Shown here piece by piece: positions 28,174 to 32,000 of a stretch of 32,000 bases of DNA; the stretch's first letter is position 1, and every line of letters starts with the position of its first letter. Origin of the DNA: Methanothermobacter marburgensis str. Marburg (GTDB lineage Archaea > Methanobacteriota > Methanobacteria > Methanobacteriales > Methanothermobacteraceae); assembly GCF_000145295.1 (NCBI RefSeq), contig NC_014408.1, forward strand, positions 1,482,794 to 1,514,793. The letters run 5' to 3'. The position numbers and the translations under genes were made by a program. The notes beneath the pieces were generated by a model. It ran no database searches and was not told the origin of the DNA. It saw only the letters and a list, made by a program, of their open reading frames with translations.

Positions 28174-29250
28174 TCATTCACCGTCAGCGAGTTTTAGTAC
28201 CTTTATCCGGAAACATGTTCCAGGTGAGAGCCTGTAATCAACCTTTGCCTCTATCTGATTCAGTAAACTCCTTACAAGCTGCAGACCCAGTGAATCTACA
28301 TTCTCAAAGTCCACGTCCTCAGGGAAGCCACGACCATTGTCCCTGACCTCAAGCATGTAGTGATCATCCTTATTCCTGAAAACAGCCCTTATCTTTCCAT
28401 CCTGTCCCTCGGCAAAGGCGTGTCTGAAGCTGTTGGATAGTAGCTCTGAGAGTATCATCCCAAGGGGCACCGCCAGGTCAAGGCCCATTTCAGCATCCTC
28501 AAAGTACATCTCAAGTCTCACATTTCCCGGTTCCGGGGAGTATGTGCTTAGAATACCTGAAACAATGCTCCTGGCATAACCTGCAAAGTTTATTGACTCA
28601 AAGGATCCCTCATGGATAAACTTCTCATAAGCTTTCCTTATTGACCTTAGACGATTCTGGGTATCTCTGAGGAGCTCATAATCATCCCCGTCCTTTATAT
28701 ATGGGAACTGGAGATTAACTATGCTTGTAATAAGCTGAAGGTTTCTGTCGATCTGCCTGTAGAGGCCATTTATTGTATTCCTCAGTTCAGATATCGTTTT
28801 ACGGAGCTCAGCCACCTCATGAATCTTTTCTGAGGCATCCCTAGCAGTTACAAGGATAAAATCCTGGCCTGATAGCTCCAGGGGCCTGAAGCTCAATTCA
28901 AGGGGCACATCCCGGCCATCTGCATCCATGAACTCCATGATGGTTGTGCATGGGCGGGGTTCCTCGGCCAGACGGTCGAGTATTATCCTCAGCCTGGACT
29001 TCTGAATGAGGGGAATCACCCTCAATGTTGGAAGGTACCTTCCCCTCAGATTATCAGGATCATACCCCAGCTTATCAGCGAAGGAATTACTCAGGTCAAG
29101 TATGAAACCATTTATATCCTGTAATATCCAGGGTTCAGAAGATTCCAGAAGGAGGTTGAGGTAATCCGGTGATGAACGTATTTCCTCCACGAGGTTCTCA
29201 TACATTTTTTCGTCGTGTAACTTATCGGTTAAGAAAACCCTTTCAAGCAT
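28174..29250 (-). CDS. PAS-domain sensor kinase-like protein (HisKA_2-like dimerisation region + HATPase_c) with degenerate H-box
   Basis: HATPase boxes are present: ELLSNSFRHAF (N), DNGRGFP (G1) and SLGLQLV (G2). A PAS-like region precedes them. ATG 29250 follows GGGGGA at 5-nt spacing; the track start TTG 29388 is less likely. Confidence 0.78.
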   Translation of the reverse strand: MLERVFLTDKLHDEKMYENLVEEIRSSPDYLNLLLESSEPWILQDINGFILDLSNSFADKLGYDPDNLRGRYLPTLRVIPLIQKSRLRIILDRLAEEPRPCTTIMEFMDADGRDVPLELSFRPLELSGQDFILVTARDASEKIHEVAELRKTISELRNTINGLYRQIDRNLQLITSIVNLQFPYIKDGDDYELLRDTQNRLRSIRKAYEKFIHEGSFESINFAGYARSIVSGILSTYSPEPGNVRLEMYFEDAEMGLDLAVPLGMILSELLSNSFRHAFAEGQDGKIRAVFRNKDDHYMLEVRDNGRGFPEDVDFENVDSLGLQLVRSLLNQIEAKVDYRLSPGTCFRIKVLKLADGE

Positions 29251-29409
29251 GATTATCCCCCTAACCTGCTGCAGCGGTCCATCTATAAATCTGATTATTG
29301 GCCCATAAATCTTTTTCCAGTGTTGTGTCAGTTCACAATAACCCTGAAGTTTTACATCAGTTTCCCGGATACTTACCAGAGTAGTCAAATGAGTACTATG
29401 TTGACCTCC

Positions 29410-30426
29410 CTAAAGTTTCTCCATCAGTTTCTCAGATACAGAAGCCCCAAAGTAGGGTAGAGATGCCACACCCATTGCTGAGATCATCCAGAAGGATATG
29501 AGTCTCTCAACCACAGTTACAGCTGCGCTGACAGACGGCGATACGCCTGCTGCCGAATAGAAGACTATCATAACCCCATCAACGGCACCAAGGCCCCCTG
29601 GAAGGAGCGGTATCATGCCAATGAGTGTTGCCAGTATGAAGACCTCGGCTATCACAATAAGTGAGACGCTTGTGCCAAATGCCTCAAATACAAGGTATAC
29701 CCTTATGATCTCAAGGATCCAGAGGAGAAATGAAAGTGGTATTCCATACAGCAGCACTCTCCTATCAGCCAGCATTATCCTCATGGTGCTCTGAAATTCC
29801 CTGAGAGCATTCATTAACCTTTTTTCAAGTTTTTCATAGTTCTTTCTGTAGAACCTCCTTACAATGCCAAGTATCCAGCCAAGTATCCTCTCACCGGACT
29901 CCCTGTCAATGGATATGTAGAGGGCCAGGAAGAAGGCCGCGGTTATTATTATAACCGAAACTATAAGTGCGACCACTATCCATGGTGACAGTTCAAAGTA
30001 GAGCACTATTGCGACTATGGTGAGTATGGCCAGAAATATAAAGGGGAATGTGTCAAGACCCCTGTCTGCTATCACGGTTGCAAAGGCAGCCTCCATTGAA
30101 GCCCTGGAGTATTTTCCAAGTATATATGCCCTTACAGGTTCACCCCCACCCCTTGCGCTCGGTGTGAGGTTATTTATTGCCATTCCCACAAGTAGCATTG
30201 GAAAGAGGTGCCTTTTTCTTATGTTTATCGAAACAGCCCCCGTGGTAATGGCCCACCTCACTGTGAAAAGGCCGAGAATTATGAATTCCAGGGCAACCGC
30301 CATGATTACATAAAGGGGGTCCGCCTTCCGTAGGGCCTCCTCAATCTCCCCAGGCCCTATGACAGATATCATAACCGCAAGGGCCAGTACCCCTATTGCA
30401 ATAAGAATTGCGCCTTTGTGTTTCAT
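29410..30426 (-). CDS. UPF0104 / lysylphosphatidylglycerol-synthase-TM-region-like (flippase-like) membrane protein
   Basis: 338-aa polytopic protein with a GPGEIEEALRKADP N-terminal loop, NNLTPSARGGGEPVRAY and a C-terminal LLPGGLGAVDG motif, typical of this family. Confidence 0.75.
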   Translation of the reverse strand: MKHKGAILIAIGVLALAVMISVIGPGEIEEALRKADPLYVIMAVALEFIILGLFTVRWAITTGAVSINIRKRHLFPMLLVGMAINNLTPSARGGGEPVRAYILGKYSRASMEAAFATVIADRGLDTFPFIFLAILTIVAIVLYFELSPWIVVALIVSVIIITAAFFLALYISIDRESGERILGWILGIVRRFYRKNYEKLEKRLMNALREFQSTMRIMLADRRVLLYGIPLSFLLWILEIIRVYLVFEAFGTSVSLIVIAEVFILATLIGMIPLLPGGLGAVDGVMIVFYSAAGVSPSVSAAVTVVERLISFWMISAMGVASLPYFGASVSEKLMEKL

Positions 30427-30494
30427 TTAAACCATCGATATCCTTTCTCAGATATTATATCATGCATTAAGACCTGTCTGTTTCAGAGAGTAAA

Positions 30495-31016
30495 TCAAAG
30501 CCTTACAAATTCACACGAAAGCCTGTCTGTGTCAAAGAGCGCCAGTGTACTCTCCCCTGAAAGGTAACCGCAGAGTTCACCTGGATTAACCTTTATGGTT
30601 TCTGCGCTCACAATGGTCTTCTCATGGGTGTGGCCGGTTACCACAAGGTCGTATCTACCACATCCAGCAACACAGTCAAGGATCTGCCTGTTATGGCCAT
30701 GTATAACCGCTATTTGCAGGCCATCAAATTCCAGTTCCTTAAAGTCAGATAGCTCTGTGAGTTCAGAGTACGCGGCACGCAGCCCATCCCTTTCACCATC
30801 ATTGTTTCCAAATATGGCCTCAAATCTCATCTCAAGTCTTCCAAATTCCTGTGCAGTGAATGGTGATATTAAATCCCCTGCATGTATAACAAGATCCACA
30901 GATTCCCTGTTGAATAAATTGACCGCCTTCCTTATTGAATCAAGGTTATCATGTGAATCAGCCACCAGTCCTATCAAACAAACCACCCGCAAAAGATACA
31001 GTGATCCTACATACAT
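30495..31016 (-). CDS. Metallophosphoesterase, MJ0936/YfcE family
   Basis: Contains the series VADSHDN ... HAGD ... GNNDGE ... HGH ... GHTH. The true start may be GTG 30986, because the family usually begins just before the DxH motif. Confidence 0.8.
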   Translation of the reverse strand: MYVGSLYLLRVVCLIGLVADSHDNLDSIRKAVNLFNRESVDLVIHAGDLISPFTAQEFGRLEMRFEAIFGNNDGERDGLRAAYSELTELSDFKELEFDGLQIAVIHGHNRQILDCVAGCGRYDLVVTGHTHEKTIVSAETIKVNPGELCGYLSGESTLALFDTDRLSCEFVRL

Positions 31017-31137
31017 TTATATACTATGATGTTTAAGTTTATGTATGGGATGCGGTGAGGTCATTGATTATTTCTTACTGTTTCTGGTCGGAAGTAATTA
31101 TATGATTTTGTGCGTCCCTACTTAAGGATGTGATGAA

Positions 31138-31359
31138 TTGTTTGGAGATAGCTACTACAGGAAGGAAACCTACTCCACACCAGTAAATGTTGGTGAGGAG
31201 TATGAAGTTAAAATTGAAGACCTCGGCAGAGATGGCGATGGAATAGCCCGTGTTGAAGGTTTTGTTGTTTTTGTACCTGGTGCAGGTGTCGGAGACGAAG
31301 TTAAAATAAGGATAAGTGCAACCAGGCGCAAGTTTGCTTTCGCTGAAGTTGTAGAATAA
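31138..31359 (+). CDS. TRAM-domain protein (small archaeal OB-fold RNA-binding type)
   Basis: [44 protein letters not shown] is a TRAM domain. TTG start with AAGGA upstream. Confidence 0.8.
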   Translation: MFGDSYYRKETYSTPVNVGEEYEVKIEDLGRDGDGIARVEGFVVFVPGAGVGDEVKIRISATRRKFAFAEVVE

Positions 31360-31507
31360 ACTGGATTGAATTTTATATAAACTGGAGTAGATTTATTCTA
31401 CCCAAAGAACTTTATTTTTTGCCTACTCCCCCATTGAAGTATTACCATCTCTTTATCCATTATTCTAAAAATTTATATTGGAACACCCCCATTCTTTATA
31501 TGGTAAC

Positions 31508-32000
31508 ATGAGATACGTTGGAAAGAGGGACCTTTTTACCGTTGGAAAGTATCTTGGCAATATAATGCAGGGGATAGGCTTCGTTGTTGCGTTACCCCTC
31601 ATTGTTGCACTGATCTACGGTGAAGGCAATTTTTTAAGTTTTATTGTGCCCTCAATTATCTCGCTCAGCATTGGAACTGTGCTCAAGAGATATTCCCCTG
31701 AGGAATGCGCCATACGCCTGAAACATGGTATGATGGTTGCATGTCTTGCCTGGCTCTGGGCTGGATTCATAGGTAGCCTCATAATGATGTCAGCCCTAAA
31801 CATCGATTTTGCAAATGCCTTCTTTGAGAACATGTCTGCCTGGACCGGCAGTGGACTCACAGTTTTCTCCAACGTTGAAGCGCTCCCAAAATCAATTCTA
31901 TTCTTAAGAAGCTTTGAACAGTGGATTGGTGGGCTTGGAGTTGTTATAGTTGTTATAGGTGTCCTCATAAGGCCAGGTACAGCTGCTGCACGTTTATACA
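31508..32000 (+). CDS. trkH: TrkH/KtrB-family K+ transporter membrane subunit; the 3' end runs off the right window edge
   Basis: Absent from the ORF track because it has no stop in the window. My translation from ATG 31508 is open to 32000: MRYVGKRDLFTVGKYLGNIMQGIGFVVALPLIV...FENMSAWTGSGLTVF...FEQWIGGLGVV. The SAxTxxGL and QWxGGxG motifs are typical of TrkH. Track ORF 31615..31968(-) is its antisense shadow. Confidence 0.75.
   Translation, partial: MRYVGKRDLFTVGKYLGNIMQGIGFVVALPLIVALIYGEGNFLSFIVPSIISLSIGTVLKRYSPEECAIRLKHGMMVACLAWLWAGFIGSLIMMSALNIDFANAFFENMSAWTGSGLTVFSNVEALPKSILFLRSFEQWIGGLGVVIVVIGVLIRPGTAAARLY

Noticed and set aside
31130-31136. GUGAUGA C-box-like motif (also at 10065-10071), as a possible C/D-box sRNA
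   Set aside because: Both copies are SD/start-codon contexts of protein genes. No CUGA D-box follows at the appropriate distance.
31615-31968. 117-aa minus-strand ORF near the right edge
   Set aside because: The plus strand carries an open TrkH-like frame with family motifs from 31508 to the window end, so the minus ORF is its shadow.

Overview
The window reads as a densely packed chromosomal segment of a hydrogenotrophic methanogen, most likely Methanothermobacter. This assignment is inferred from gene content only: ftr, a complete 17-gene ehb-type energy-converting [NiFe]-hydrogenase operon, GGTGA/GGAGG Shine-Dalgarno-like sites and oligo-T terminators.

Gene order, left to right:
- queE (partial), queD and a DUF366-like gene, forming an operon on the minus strand
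- a PPC/DUF296 protein (-)
- an orphan Pol-beta-type nucleotidyltransferase (+)
- a visibly AT-richer cluster of adhesin-like beta-helix surface-protein genes (-). One gene is split by a 1-nt frameshift, and two share a 338-bp 3' end with 11 mismatches.
- hom (+)
- a stand-alone Cas4-like Fe-S protein and a small acidic protein (+)
- ehbQ back to ehbA (10378-20110, -)
- a YdjM-like membrane hydrolase and an AstE/AspA-like protein (-)
- argG with a translationally coupled BofA-like miniprotein (+)
- nnr (-)
- a 2-TM K+ channel with an RCK-N domain followed by a triplicated C-terminal module I cannot name (+)
- ftr (-)
- a PAS/HisKA_2-like/HATPase kinase whose H-box has no histidine (-)
- a UPF0104 membrane protein (-)
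- an MJ0936-type metallophosphoesterase (-)
- a TRAM protein (+)
- trkH (partial, +)

I saw no rRNA, tRNA, CRISPR array, transposase or integrase. I cannot point to one clear-cut novel multi-gene system. The best candidates for something undescribed are:
- the triplicated channel appendage
- the Cas4-like protein with apparently substituted catalytic residues
- the uncharacterised gene embedded in the queD/queE operon
- the orphan nucleotidyltransferase
- the recombining adhesin-like cluster

All domain calls come from motif recognition by eye. No searches were run.
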